Assembly: GCA_050084515.1 (NCBI GenBank)
Contig: CM114271.1
Coordinates: 2,232,001 to 2,296,000 of the forward strand
DNA: 64,000 nucleotides
Source: Blasia pusilla
Lineage: Eukaryota
Reading direction: 5' to 3'
Of this stretch, positions 1 to 13,524 are shown one piece after another (positions within the stretch are counted from its first letter, which is position 1; each line of letters begins with the position of its first letter). Both the position numbers and the translations under genes were made by a program. The notes beneath the pieces were generated by a model that did not search any database, was not told the DNA's origin, and saw only the letters and a list, made by a program, of their open reading frames with translations.

Positions 1-1439
1 TTGGACCACAAGATGGATGGATTTCTCAAGTCTTCGAAAGTGTGGGGTGATAAATAACATCAATACCTTTCCAGATTCGTTCTCTCTCCTCCTCGTCACT
101 TCTCGAATGATCATATTTTGTGGTTGGTCCTCCTAATTTGGGTGCATGTATTTCACGCCAATTGTTTTTATTTTTGTTTTTATTCTTGTGCTTTTCTTGC
201 CTCACGTGTGCATTGGTGAGTTTTGGCCATTTTCTTTATCGTTAGTTGGATTATGTAAAGGAGAACAACGAAAAGAGTAGTAGTAGTAATTATTATGATC
301 ACCATTATTATAATGATATTGTGTGTGTTATAATAATAACATGATGAGGCTTTTGCCTTGTTGGATTCTTCCATTTCTTTATGACCAATCATGGATGGCT
401 TGGGCGTTTGTCCTTGCCATGTCTTGGAGTGTAGGGAAGTACACTAGGACAATCCTTGCATCCACGTTGGGGTAGTGACCATATCACTTTGATGATGATG
501 TAAAAATTTCGTTTGGTGAAATGATTAGTGTGCACCTTGAAGAATCCCTCTAGTAAAAGTGATACAATCAGCCCCATGCATTTGGATTTAGTGGATTGGG
601 GGGTAAAGTGTGGTTAGGGGAGTTTCCTCTTCTTTTTCTTTTTCTTTTTTCTTTCTTTCTTTCTCATGCAGATTGCGTTGTGGTGATGTAGTCGATTTTC
701 ATGCCCTTTTGTTGTTGGATAGAAGCTGAATTGGGCCAATCTTCTTGGTGATGTTGTCCATATTTGATAGATAGGCATGGAGAGTGGTGCAAAATATTTG
801 ATAGATATGCATGAAGATTCCAACTGAATTCCAATGTTAACATTTCCAAAAAAGAAATCTTGCCCACCATTGCAAAATTGACTACACCTCTCCTACAAAG
901 ACACATGTTCTCCATTCACCCTAGAGAAAAATCAAGAATACATTATCTTAATATAATAGATGTTGGTTGCCTTTACAATTCAACACATGCTAATGCTACT
1001 AAAGATGATTCTCTTAACATCCCTAAAAGGTGAACTAAAAGATGTTATTTTGGGAGGACGAAATTGAAGTTTACTACTTGTCCAAAATGATTTTTGGAAA
1101 CTACTTGAGTGTTTAAGTTGAATCAATATAATATTATGAATGTATGGGCTCGGCATGTTCATGAGTACAATCCTTCAAACTCGATTATTTTATGGTTAAA
1201 TTTCATATATCTTGATCATATATAACAAAATTTTTTGAGCATCCAAGCATTTCGAGTTCTTTAATAATTAGGGGTGAATAATGATTTTGGATCTTTGAAT
1301 CTTGTTTCTTTCTTGTTGGATGAGTTCTCCCATCTCAATTTTGTGCTATCATTTCTCTTCCATTTCACTCCGCCATCATACTCTTCCCCTATCCTTTATA
1401 CCAAAGTCCCAAGAAACATTCCAAAAGGAAAGTGAATTT

Positions 1440-1865
1440 GACTTAACGATTAGGAGAAGCGAGATTTTAACTCCGACATTCTCATATGGAGAAAAAAGTT
1501 CATCATATGAAAATGAACCTTTGGGATTAGAAACCCCAAAAACACAAGAACAAGAATTAAAAACAAGAAGTAGTAAAAGTTTAACCCCCACATTCTCCCC
1601 CACCCAAGAAAGTTTCTTGCTTGAGGTTCCACCTTTGGCTTAAAAACCAAAACAATGGAGGGCAAAAAAAAGACTAACAAACACTAAATTAGAAGAAGTA
1701 AGATCTTAACTAACCCCCTCCCCCATATTCTCCCCTTAAGGAGGTTGCTTACTTGAGCTTTAACCTTATGGTTTAGAAGCCGAAAATAGAAATTTAAACT
1801 AATAAATAATAAATGAAAAGAAGTGAGATTTTAACTCCCACATTCTCCCTCACCGAAAGAAGTGT
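1440..1865. repeat. Degenerate ~120-bp tandem repeat
   Basis: TTAAC.CC.ACATTCTC-like motif recurs at ~1467, 1581, 1710 and 1831. Confidence 0.6.
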
Positions 1866-4800
1866 CGTACGTGACGTTTAACCCTTTGGGTTAGAGAGCG
1901 TAATGAGCAAATTTATTTTATTTATATATATATAGTCGCGCCTCCACTGCTGTTTGCCGTTTTGGGTGGCGTTCCCCAAACAGAAAGATTCCTGGGAAGA
2001 TTCTATGATTCGACACCTGGAACTGTGGACGACAACTGAGAAACGCCAATTCCGTCCGTCCCTTTTTGGTCGTGCGTTGGGAATAGGTGACCGTCCATCA
2101 CGTGTGTACCGGGCCCTGTACGTCTGTATGTCCTGACGTGCAGTCAGACATTTCTTGTCGCTTTGGTGACGGTAGCCCCCCATTACCACCGTCAGTTTCG
2201 TCACTGTGCCTCTTCCCTCTGATCTGACCTGACCTGACCAGAGCAGACCTGACTCGACTAGGCCGGGCGCGGCGAATGGACGTCGACTCCTGTAAACTCT
2301 GTAACTCCTTAGAGTTAACTGATAACTGATAAGTGGCGAGTTCCTACGGTCAACGGTTAACGACACGTCGTGCGCTCTGGCCTTACTTGGTTCCGTCAAC
2401 CGAACCCGCAGTTTACGTCCGTCCGGTAGCGCATGGAATATCTTTGGGTATCCACCGGTTTCCACCGGTTCCAAGTCCCTAACGCCAAGGGCACGTCGGC
2501 TTCGATGATCCCCCCACCCCTCAATGGGACGCCCTTACGGCCCTACGGCGGCCCCGTGTTGTCATCTGGCGTATCGCCTGTATAGCGAACGGGGCACGGT
2601 GAGAGGTATCCGTTAGTTTGTTACGGCGATCGTCATAAACACTCCATTTGTAAAATGTGTTCTATGGGAAACTTTATGGATATCTTTTCTCGTATGGTGA
2701 GTGCTTTGAGTGGCACTAATATGGGGTCTCGAGGGCTATTATAAATGGGATTCTCCTCTATGAGCATATTTCCATGTAAGATGGATTTTGGAGAGTCGAA
2801 ATTTTCATCAAACAAGTAGGACCACTCGAACAAGAGTTTTAAAGATTCCATGGCAAGAGCAACAACCCATCATTTTGAGGGTGGGAACACAACAACAACC
2901 CCTTGGACTCAACAAATGTCATTTTCCATGTGTATTTCATACCCTCCACATCTATATACCAAATAGTTGGTGCCGGTGCTATGCACGAATGGTATAAAAA
3001 GCATCCGATCTATCCCTTGTTGTCTCCCTCTCTTGAAAGGACACTTGTCAACACCGTGAAAATCCTTAGAGGACATGTGTCAACTCCTAAGGAGGGTTTC
3101 CTCTAACCCCGTTCTCTTCTCACTTTACAAATTGGAGGATGCAATTTTTTGTAGTTGCTCTTTGCGGTCCCTACACACACTCTCCTTTTTTTCCTCCTCG
3201 TCTAAGCTATCCACATGTTCAATAATTATTTTCTCTCCCACTCCTCTGGTTTGTTTATATTCCTTCAAGACTCCTTTAACACGAGTTTATGCTCGTGTTA
3301 ACTAGGGGTAACATAGAGATCATTGGTAGAGTAACATTGCTAAATAGGGATCTGTGCATGGCACGGTCCCTCACGTATTCTTACTAGTATTGTATATCAT
3401 GCAATGCACCGTCAAGAACCAAGGACTAGAATTCATACCGTGGTTTGTTAGCACACAAATAAGCTGCCAATTTTGTCACGAGGACAACAATTGGAATTAG
3501 AATCCAATAGCACCACCTCATGGGATGAAACAAAGGATGGAATTTCCCCTACAATGCATTGATAAAAAAAAATGACCTGATAAAAAAATTTACAATGATA
3601 TGGAAAATGTGATGAAAAATGAAAAACATTATGACAATGGAAATACACAACAACAAAAATAGAAAAAAATGGAATGAATGACACATGGCATTCGTGCAAC
3701 ATCTTATATCTCTCTAGGGGTAATTTTAGTAATAACAATATAGATTTGTATGGTATGACGAAGCCATAGTTTGACTTGCAAGCCCATGCATTCTATGAAA
3801 TTGTATCCAACAAATGTTATAGATTCCCCATACCAATCTAATTTTTTTTAAATGATGCAAAGAGAGAATTTCTATGCCTAGTTTCACAATAACCTATTTT
3901 TTTATTCCCAAAAAAGAAAAGAAAATTTGTATTGTCCTTGATCCAAGTGTGGACTACCCATGCAAGGCAAATTTGAGGAAAATTTCCTCATACTTTCCGT
4001 AAAGTGATTTAAATGTTTTGAATATGATTAATTTATTAGGGGCTCTTGTGGGAGTTTCACTTTTGTAACTATAGATATGTTATGTGATGTCATTGCAAAT
4101 ATCATTTTAATGTCTTAAGACGTCTCGCTTGATCTTAGTGGTCTTTTATTTTTCTCTTGTTTAAATCCTCTTGGTGTTTGGTATATGAGATATCCAAACT
4201 TTCTTTCATGTTGATTACCTCTATCACAAGTGGATAATTCAGTTTCTCTTACATTAACTTTGGTTGCGATTTTTTATGGACGTGTAACTTTTGTTCTTAT
4301 TCAAGTTCAAGGTCCGGGGAGTATTTTTCTTTGAGCAAGACTAAGGTTTTCCTGACTTTTTATAAAAGTCTACAATTTTCCCCAAATTCAGCCTACTTTT
4401 ACAGAAAGTACAAAACAAAAATTTTATACTTTCCGCAAAAAAATCATAATTTTAACCTGCCAACTATACTCACAATCCCAACTCTCCCTAGATATTAGTC
4501 CCATTCCACCCGCTAAATGGGCTTTTAATGGACTTTTTTTCTCATCAATATTGCATCCAACTGCTTATTTCAAGGGAGAATCTACAATTGTGGCTGGCGA
4601 AAATCCCACATAATCCTTAACAAAATATTCCCCATTCTAACTAGCAACCGAATACAACATGTTTTAAAAAAAGTAAAAAAAATGAAATCAAATATAACAG
4701 AAAAAAAAGAAATAAATATGCACATGATTAACCACGATTAACCAAATATTCTCTAGCGAGCGTGGTCTGCGGGTAGAACCAACTCTGACCGGAGGCGGTT

Positions 4801-5795
4801 TGGCGCAGGCGCACCGCACCGCACCGGCGGTTTCGAACTGTGGGACGACGCGCCGTTTAGGGACGACGCACATAGCTTTCCGTGAGGCGCGCGGACGGCG
4901 CTCTGTATCCGGCCCCTTTTCTCTGCTTGAGGAGGGGAGCCGAGGACTACACTACTACTGCACCGGAACCTTTAAGCAAAAGGGATACCGCTCTACGGGC
5001 CCGTGTCAATAACGATAGCCTTCCGTAGATCCCGTTCGAGGTAGTCGATTGCTCTCCTACTTAACCCAAGCCCCCACTTACCAAAACACATAAGAGTTCC
5101 CTTGGAGGCGTTTCCCATTTTTTGGGAATTTTAATCCATCTATATTTCCATATTATTAAGGGTTGATGATTTTCGAGAAAACTTTTTCCACAAGATGGAC
5201 AATTTAATTAGATTTTTTGGGCGCCATGATTATTTAGGACATGCAAAGTCCAAGATTTACACCACTTAAATGAAAACATGAGACCCTTGCATGACTCTAG
5301 AAAGAAAATGGTGTTGGGATGGTAAGAGGAGCTTTAAACTTTGGGTTTGAGTTGAGTCCCAATATATATTGTCGACCTCAATCCCCTTATTTGTGCATTT
5401 CAAATGGGTTTGGAAGCACAATCAATGGATATAGTCGAGCTTTACAACTCCCTCTTGGAGTCATGGTGGGTTTAAGGTTCTACTGTTTGAGTGTATATGA
5501 TCAAAATGGAGAATGAGAATTTTCTAAGACTAGTACCAACATTTTGTAAAGTCGATTGATATTGATAGAAAACATATATGACTTCTGTTATCAAAAGAAT
5601 ATGATTTCCAAATGGTACATCGACTCGTCATACTCAACCAAAATGTATATTGGTTGAGTCATGACCTGAATCAAGGAGGTGCACAATAGCTTGCACAATA
5701 GGGGCTAGAGAGCAAGGTCAGATCTTACATTAAGCAAGACGATTAAGGTGGGATGGGAGACATGGATCACCTCCTTATAATGGATTCACGAGTAT

Positions 5796-5977
5796 TTGTA
5801 AAATATCTTCCACGAGGTCAGAGGACAACCTAAAGAGGTCAAAGATAACTTGCTGAAGACTAGAATAACCTTAGAGAGTAGCTTTTCCCCTTGTAAAATG
5901 TCTTCCGCGAGGTCAAAAGACAACCTCAAGAGGTCAAAGATAACTTGCTGAATAACCTAAGAGACTTGCTTTTCCCC
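5796..5977. repeat. ~90-bp tandem duplication
   Basis: TGTAAAAT.TCTTCC.CGAGGTCA...GAGGTCAAAGATAACTTGCTGAA...GCTTTTCCCC occurs twice. Confidence 0.85.
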
Positions 5978-8900
5978 TTGGAGGAAGAATCAAAGAAGCA
6001 GCCTCCGGATCCTAAACTGCCATCGCTCATTCCTCCCACGAAAGCCTCGTAAGAAAAGAGAACCCTAAATATGGAACAATAAGAAAAGAAAGCCTTGACG
6101 AAAAAAAAGGGTGATAGAAAACTCATCCGGACTTTGAAAAAAATTTCGATAATCGAATACTTGAAGGCTACAACCCGCAAATAAAAACTCAACCTCTAGA
6201 GAGACGGGAGAGGTCGTCCTTTGCATTCGTATCTGTTTAACCGGCTGGAATGAAAAAAACTTCGATAATTCCCGCACGGTTTTGTAGAGACCGGAAATGT
6301 ACCGGTTGACAGGCAAAAACTCCCGGGACCCTGGTTCGACCTTCGGAGAGCAAAGTCCATACCTCACAAGCACAAGTCTCAAGTTGTAGTAACGATCGTC
6401 ACCTGCTGCTGCAGCAGCAACAAATGGCGGATGAACTCGCAGGGATCCGGGAAAGGCAAGCGCGCGAGCATTGAAAGTTCAGGAGCGACACTCGACAGGA
6501 AATTTTTTTTTTTTTAAAACGGACTGAGGTGCTCACGACGATGAACAGATGCGAATTCGCAAGCAGATGCATATTCGCTGACATGTGTCACAGTTGATTT
6601 ACGTACCTTCGAAGTCTCACGGATCGTTCGGAAGACTCTTCCCTGATTCTACTTCCTTACTTCCTTCTTCCTTCCTTCCTTCCTTCCTCCCTACAAAACA
6701 ATATTCTGCCTGGACACGACGACGACTTCTGGAAAGCCGTAGGGTGCGTTGCGGAGGTCTCTTCGCTCTCCCATGGATGCTGTTCGTCAGCTCCGGAGTC
6801 CGGACCTCGACTTCGTTCGTTCAATCGAGGACACCATGGGCCCCCACCGGCTCTGGCGCCTCGATTATCGTCGTCGTCGTCTTCGTGGCACATCCAATGC
6901 TTCGCGGCCATAGCTGCGCCGGTCTATCGCTCCGCTTTGCGTCCTCGTGCTTTGGCGGTCAGTGTGGCGATCGCCGTTCATCACTTGCCGGTTTCCGTTC
7001 CACCGGCGGCAACGGTACCTTTAGAGCGCACCTTTAGCGTGCCGGCAGCTCGACAGGGTTTGGGGCTACTGCGCACGACTGAAAGCTCACGGAGTCACGG
7101 ATTCCCGCAGTGCAGAGTTGACGACAGAAGTAGCGAAGAACTAACCGGACTGCGTCCAGCGATCAACGCAGTCCGGTGGGCGTACGTAAGAGAGTCAAGA
7201 GGACAGGTCTCAAATCATATCCCATACATAGTCTCGGACGTGCATGTTTACGGTTTTGTGCCACAAATGGTGGGTATCCACCATTGGGCCGGTTGTGGTT
7301 TTCACGTATTCGATTCTTTGAGTTCTTTTTTTTAATTCGGATGGGTTTTCCATTGCACGTTTTTTATCAAATCCTCTTTTCTTTTCATACAAATCTCTTA
7401 TCATAAATCAAACCAAAAACATCTCACATAAACAAATATATCTCGAATGGGTAAGGGCATTTCACATCCCCTACCTCCCTCCAAGAGACACCCAATCTGA
7501 CATAGGGATGGCCCACTCTTCTAGGTCCTTGACCTTAAAATGGAGACTATCCATTCTTATGTTTGCAAGGTGTTGTATTGATGAGCTACCTCCCCAACTT
7601 TATATGGCCATACAAACTAAAACATCCATCCGGGAGTCCAATCTAGATGTCCATAATTGAACCTGACATAAGGAGGTGCATGTCTATCTCCTGTGACACT
7701 CCAAACACAAATAGTAGAAAATTGTAAAAAATAATTTGAATATGGATGTCTAGAAAATGAGATGTCATAATATCCATTCTCTTATGGAAAAATTAGAAAC
7801 ATTCCATTAGTAGGTTTCAAATTAGTATTTGGATGTTGGAAAACTTTGATTTCTAATTATTATTTGAAAATTTTTTATTAGTAGGAAGAGGATGACAATC
7901 ATGGGATACCATAACTTCATGTCGTGTCATGAAATTACGGTAGTGGTCATACTCCCAAATTTGGGATTTCTTCAAAGGCATATAATTATGTTTTAGTGTC
8001 GTTTACAATCAATGAAAATATGGGAGATGGTTGTTGAGCCCAAGATAGTACATGAATAGAGAAGAGAGGTCCACACACATGTCCATCCTTGCTTGTAATT
8101 AGGTTGGTTAGTTTGTGGTTAATTTACCCTATTGAGTAACCATACACATCTATTCTCTAGAAGCGTTGTAGACAACATGTCCACAGAAAATCTCGACAGG
8201 ATTTCAAAAGAGCTTACAATATGACACAAGTAGAACTCCTTCGAATTAAGAGGCCATGCAAATGAGAATTGGGTGCTCGACCCAATATCCCTTATGACAC
8301 ATAACCCTTTATGTTCCTCCAAGTTTGTAGGAACAAGCCCTAGGAATCACTTTGATGCAAGAAGTCAAAGGTTTCCTAGATTGATCAATAACTTCTCCGA
8401 GTGACAGATATCGCACTCCTTTAGATCTAGACTCAATCTCTAATAGCAGTTCTTAGTTCCAAATCAATATGCTCAAAGTTCTCCATGATGAAATACACTT
8501 ATCAAATTGACAATATGGCCTGTTAGGTTTTTGGATTCTAGCCATCGCATGTCCACCATTGAAAAAATACGGGTAGCAAAATATGAAGTGAGAGGATTCC
8601 AAATATTTGCAACCCTCTCACTCCAATTCTTCAGTAGGATCAATTCATTAATCCTATTGCAAAAATTGCACCCAAGTTGCGAGATGTCTTTGAAGTTGGC
8701 ACTTGAAGGCTAGCGTCTCTCTCTTTAATAATCAAGCAACTAAAATAGTTGAAGGTATATGATGTCCTATTTGTACAAGTATGTTCTTACCACCGGCTCT
8801 AGTGCTACCTTTTCTATAGTATCGCCACCTAATATATTATGCACCATATCTTAGCCCAAAATATGGGCATGTCTAATTTGCGGACAATAAGTGAGTTAAA

Positions 8901-9243
8901 TCATCAACTTGATCAAGGTCTTGTTGCTACCCTTGCCACTAAGACACAAGTAGTGTCCCAATGGTGTCAATTGAGGATTAAGATAAGTGACATCTGAAGC
9001 ATTTGTTATACCCATACACATTGCTATCATCATCCATACACTCATAAAAGAAGACACCATATCTAATCATAGAATCCATACATCTTTGTGATTGCTAAGA
9101 GGAAAAAATTTGGATGGTCATATGGAGTATTATGGACCCATTGTTGATCACCTTCTTATCATCAATGTCGTTCGAGTAATTATATATCTACAACTATCTA
9201 TCTTATGTACATGTGAGACATATTTATTATTTCTCTTAAGGAA

Positions 9244-9525
9244 CATGGTTGCATAAGAACCAATAAGTCCATCCTTAAGACAAACATGCACGGACAAGTC
9301 CGGATATGTTTGGAGTCATGGATTGCAAGAGATGGGGGCCACACTTATTGCTCGTGATAAGATATAGGGCAAGGGAGCAAGGGGGAAGGGGGAAGGGAAT
9401 GGAGGTAGGAGGAGGAAGCAATGAGTACGCACAGAACACAAAGGCGATGAGGGGGAGTTGGGGCCCATATGAACAAGTCCTTCCATAGGACGGATAGACA
9501 TGGACTTTGTCCACATGCAACCTTT
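9244..9525. mobile_element. hAT-type MITE
   Basis: TIR CATGGTTGCA...TGCAACCTTT; 8-bp TSD TTAAGGAA / TCAAGGAA. Confidence 0.8.
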
Positions 9526-9735
9526 TCAAGGAATCCAAGCAAGACGTTGAGTCAAACATACCATGTACTACTCTCATAAATATCCATCACCTAGTCCTAG
9601 TATGGTGGCCGCACTTCTGGCTAATTCACACAACATACAATGCAAGCCTATAGATATCCTAGCCAAACTTAGGTCAAGTGCTCCATCAATGTTGAAAAGG
9701 TGACAGGACACCCATAGTACTTCCAAAATATACTA

Positions 9736-9870
9736 TGTTGTGCGCATACATATCGCTACACAACATACATCGCTGGTCGCATCTACACCACACAACGCCG
9801 ATCTTCCTCACACAAGGGTTGATCCACACATGTATAAAAATCAACTCATACATATACATGGAGATCACAC
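9736..9870 (-). repeat. Left terminus of element 1: inverted copy of repeat A (17917-18052)
   Basis: The reverse complement GTGTGATCTCCATGTATATGTATGAG...GTATGCGCACAACA aligns over ~135 bp with 17918-18052. Confidence 0.93.
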
Positions 9871-10559
9871 CTCGGGCCAGCCCCCCCCCCCTCCAACGTG
9901 GTAGGACCGGACGTGGTGGAAGGTCAACGTGGTGACAAGGCTACCAAGTGGGGGTGGATGTGGTGGAGCTGAGTACGTGGTAGGAGTGGAACCATACCAG
10001 GTTGAGTCAGGTTACAGGCCGCGTGTGGGGATAGGCGGAGAGGTTTGCGCGACATGATGTTTTCGGGCATGACGAGGATTTGCGAAAATTGACGATGGAG
10101 TGTCAGTGCGCATGATGCCGACGGGTTGTCCGCATCTGTTGACGGGAGGATCGACCCGTTGGTTGAGGAGAGTGTCGTGTTGCAGAGGTTGCCGTGTCAC
10201 ATGAGGGAATGCGTGTTGACGATGCAGTAGGTTGGAGGGCGTGATCAGGTTACCCATTCGAGTCCTTTTTCGCACTTGTCGTGTGTGATTGAGAGTGTTG
10301 GATATCGGGTAGTAGCTGGTACTAGGTGGGTGCAATGATGGTGACGAGTGTAGATTCTGTTCATGTGTAGCATGTTGGTGGATATACGGCGGTTGCCACA
10401 TAGGGGTCGCATGTATGACCGGAGAGTGTCGCTAGGTTAGGTGAGTAAGTTGGGAGGCTTATGGTGAGCCCGAGTGTCGAGGGTGCATGAGGTCGGGTAT
10501 GTCATCACGAGACTGATGTTAGCATAGGTGAGCTAGTGAGGAGTGTGGGAGACTCTCAG

Positions 10560-12200
10560 TGAGTCTGAGTGCTTGAGCGGATGAGATAGGGTTTGTCATC
10601 ACGGCGTTCTTCCAGGGTTCAGAAGAACAAGGTAGTGCAAGCAGTGGTAGTGGTGTGACACGGAGTGGAGTGAGATACCGAGGGGTTACCAGTGAGGAGC
10701 TACCTTGACATCCATCCGTGGTTGGATCGTCATCACTAGACAATGGGTCTGGTGACAAGATCGCACACAGAGACAGTAGTACTTAGCAAGAGATGGACGA
10801 CATGGGCCATCGGGGCATGCGTCGTTTCTTGAGTGTAGTGGGCACCATCGACTTAGATGATTTTATCGAGGAGTTCGACACATGGTGCAACTTTGAGGAG
10901 ATACGGACTCTGACATGGTTCAACCCTTTCATGGCATGGAAGGGGTTGTTCCAGCACTTGGAGGGTTCTCTGATGGATGACTACATGGAGTTTTGATCAC
11001 TATATTCAGTAGAGATCGATGCCTGGAGGATGTATTGGGCTCTAGGGTATGTGTCCAATAGTGGTCGCGAGGCATATGATGGCATTGTGAGAGGAGAGAG
11101 ACCCACACCATCAGCTCGGAGACTAGATGGAGAGGAGGGCAGTGAGATAGGCAATGTGGTAGAGGCCTCTGGTGGTAGAGGGCCACCCAGCTTCAGGCAT
11201 ATGATGGCACAGAAGTGGAGTTCTTTTGACAGATTGGGGAAGAGCTAGATAGGCGTGTGGTAGAGGACGACAAGTCAAGAGTCTGGTGGATTTTCAGCGA
11301 CGATCGGGTGAGAGTCTGAGAGAGGCATTCACACGCATGAGGAGGTTGATCATTGCTACGTATGGAGTGACTAAGGCACAGTTAGTCCAGTATTGGTATG
11401 GGGTTCTGGATCGAGAACTACGGAGGAGAGTCCGAGATGCGGTGTTGATTCACACAACGAAGCCCACATTGAAGGTGGTCTTTGAGTTGTCTGAGCATAT
11501 TGAGCTCAACATGAGTGAGGAGCAAGTAGTGACCGCTGGATTTTCTCGAGAGTTGACGGGTCCACGAGCGCCGGTGACCCCACAGGTGCCACAGCGAGCA
11601 CCAGTACCACGGGAGCGGGCCAATGTGCCCAGAGAGCAGGGCGGGTACCGTGAGCCTATGAGACATGACCCGTACCTACATATGTTGCCCAACAGGGACC
11701 AATGTGGTCTTGTTGGAGGTGTGGAGGGGCCCATAGGCAGAGAGACTGCCCACAGCATGGGAGAGGACCACAAGCGCCTCCGATTGCTCAAGAGCCACAG
11801 AGGATGGCCCCACCACAACACTCGTGTGACTATTGCCACAGATATGGTCACACTAGGGATAGGTGTTTTGACCTTCGCCGAGAGGCACGTCCAGAGGTAG
11901 GCCAAGGGCTTGGGGGCGGTCGTCCTGGAGGAGGTTGGGGAGTTCTTCCTGGACGTGGTGGTAGGGGACCACCACCAGCCAGAGGAGATGGAGCAGGAGC
12001 ACCAGAGCCGACTCTTCTCTCACGCATCGATCAGTTGGAGTAGAGGATTGCTGCCATGATGATGATGCAGCTTAGGGAAGGCACGGAGCTGCGAGCAACT
12101 AGTGTGACTCCAACTTCTACCTCTTACCCTGACCCGGGTGAGGATCTCACCATTATGGGGTTTATGTGTAGTGCAGCCTAGGTTGAAGCAGCTGTAGTGA
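10560..12200 (+). pseudogene. gag: gag of element 1 with two Zn knuckles
   Basis: Motifs GVTRSGVRYR and DFQRRSGESLREAFTRMRRL, plus knuckles CWRCGGAHRQRDC and CDYCHRYGHTRDRC (ORFs 10793, 11286, 11702). Boundaries approximate. Confidence 0.8.
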
Positions 12201-12709
12201 TGACTCAGGGGGTTGCGAGAGGCACCGAGCCATCGAGAGGAGTTGAGATTGACCCACTAGAGGGGACCGATGGGCGGCAGGCCAGGGTTCCATGGTCATT
12301 CACATTGTCGGAGGCACTACACACACCATCGATGGTGCCTTGACAACCAGCGGTGCCTATAGCTCAGGCATGTGCGTCGACGTCACAAGGAATGGGAGTG
12401 ACAACTCCTATGCCGGCTCGAGTGCAGTCAGTGTCGACCATAGTGTTGGAGGTGGCCACCAGAGTGAGTCAGACTCCACTATTTTCCGCCATAGAGTTGG
12501 CAATGTTAGGAGTTGGACCAGCTGAGGTGTTCCGGCTGGCCGCCACGTTGTGTGAGCGTGGAGAGGTGACTGCTTCTTGTTCAGAAGTAGTTGAGGGGGT
12601 GGTGGACTTGCCCTCAAATTTGGTGCTCGGGACGTTCCCCACAGAGTCGTGGCATGCGGCGGCGACGAAGTTGGTAGACATGCCAGCTTGACCAGCCATA
12701 GAGCGAGCA

Positions 12710-13130
12710 GTGGTGACACCTGGAGTAGTCTTACTGGATAACCGAGCTCGAGTATTTCGCTTGGTTAATCCGACGGGGATAGCATACCACCTGCAGCGCG
12801 TCCTACTTGATTCGGGAGCGCAACCCTTGATGTTAGGGAAGGCGGCGTGTTTAGCATTGGGGTTACAGAAGGCAGACATTGAGCCTTGTCCCTTCCAGAT
12901 ATAGACCTCAATTGGGGGCGTGTCACCCACGCAGTATATGACTCGACAGGAGATAGTTGTTAGAGTCCAGCCAGAGCATGCAACGGATAGTGCTATGGTG
13001 CGCACATGTGCGATTACGACACCAACTGAGTCGTACAATGTGTTGGTGGGTAGTACAGTGTTATATCCCCTAGGATTCATCCTTGACTTCTGGGAGGAGA
13101 CCATTGCTTATCGGCCAGGGTGGCGGTCAA
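12710..13130 (+). pseudogene. retroviral-type aspartic protease of element 1
   Basis: Catalytic RVLLDSGAQ near 12800 and a C-terminal YNVLVG motif. Confidence 0.85.
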
Positions 13131-13524
13131 GTAACGGCCGGATGAGTCAGTTACCCGTGCAGTTTGCGAGACGAGGTGATCGATCACGGGACGAGTCTGT
13201 GACCACGTTGGCAACTTTCACACGTAGTGTTAGCTGGCCAGGAGAATTGTTGGAGGGGAACGCACATGCAGAGGATGTCCCAGTAGCGGATAGTCCCACG
13301 GAGAGACAGGCCATGGCGGGTGTCTCTTCCCATGTTGGCGAGACCTCTTCACCATTGTGGGGTAAGACTCGAGAGCTACAGAGGAGTGCCGACGACCTTG
13401 TGAGGCAGGCGTGGAGTCATGCTTTTATCCCGGAGCAGCGAGAGTCACGTGGCGATCGGGCTCTTGGAGTGGAGACGTTGACCCCACTGGATACCGCACC
13501 CATTGTGTGGCAATGCCCAAAGGA

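Noticed and set aside
1877-1890. TTAA-CCCT as a piggyBac end
   Set aside because: No matching AGGG-TTAA right end was found for the GC-rich segment.
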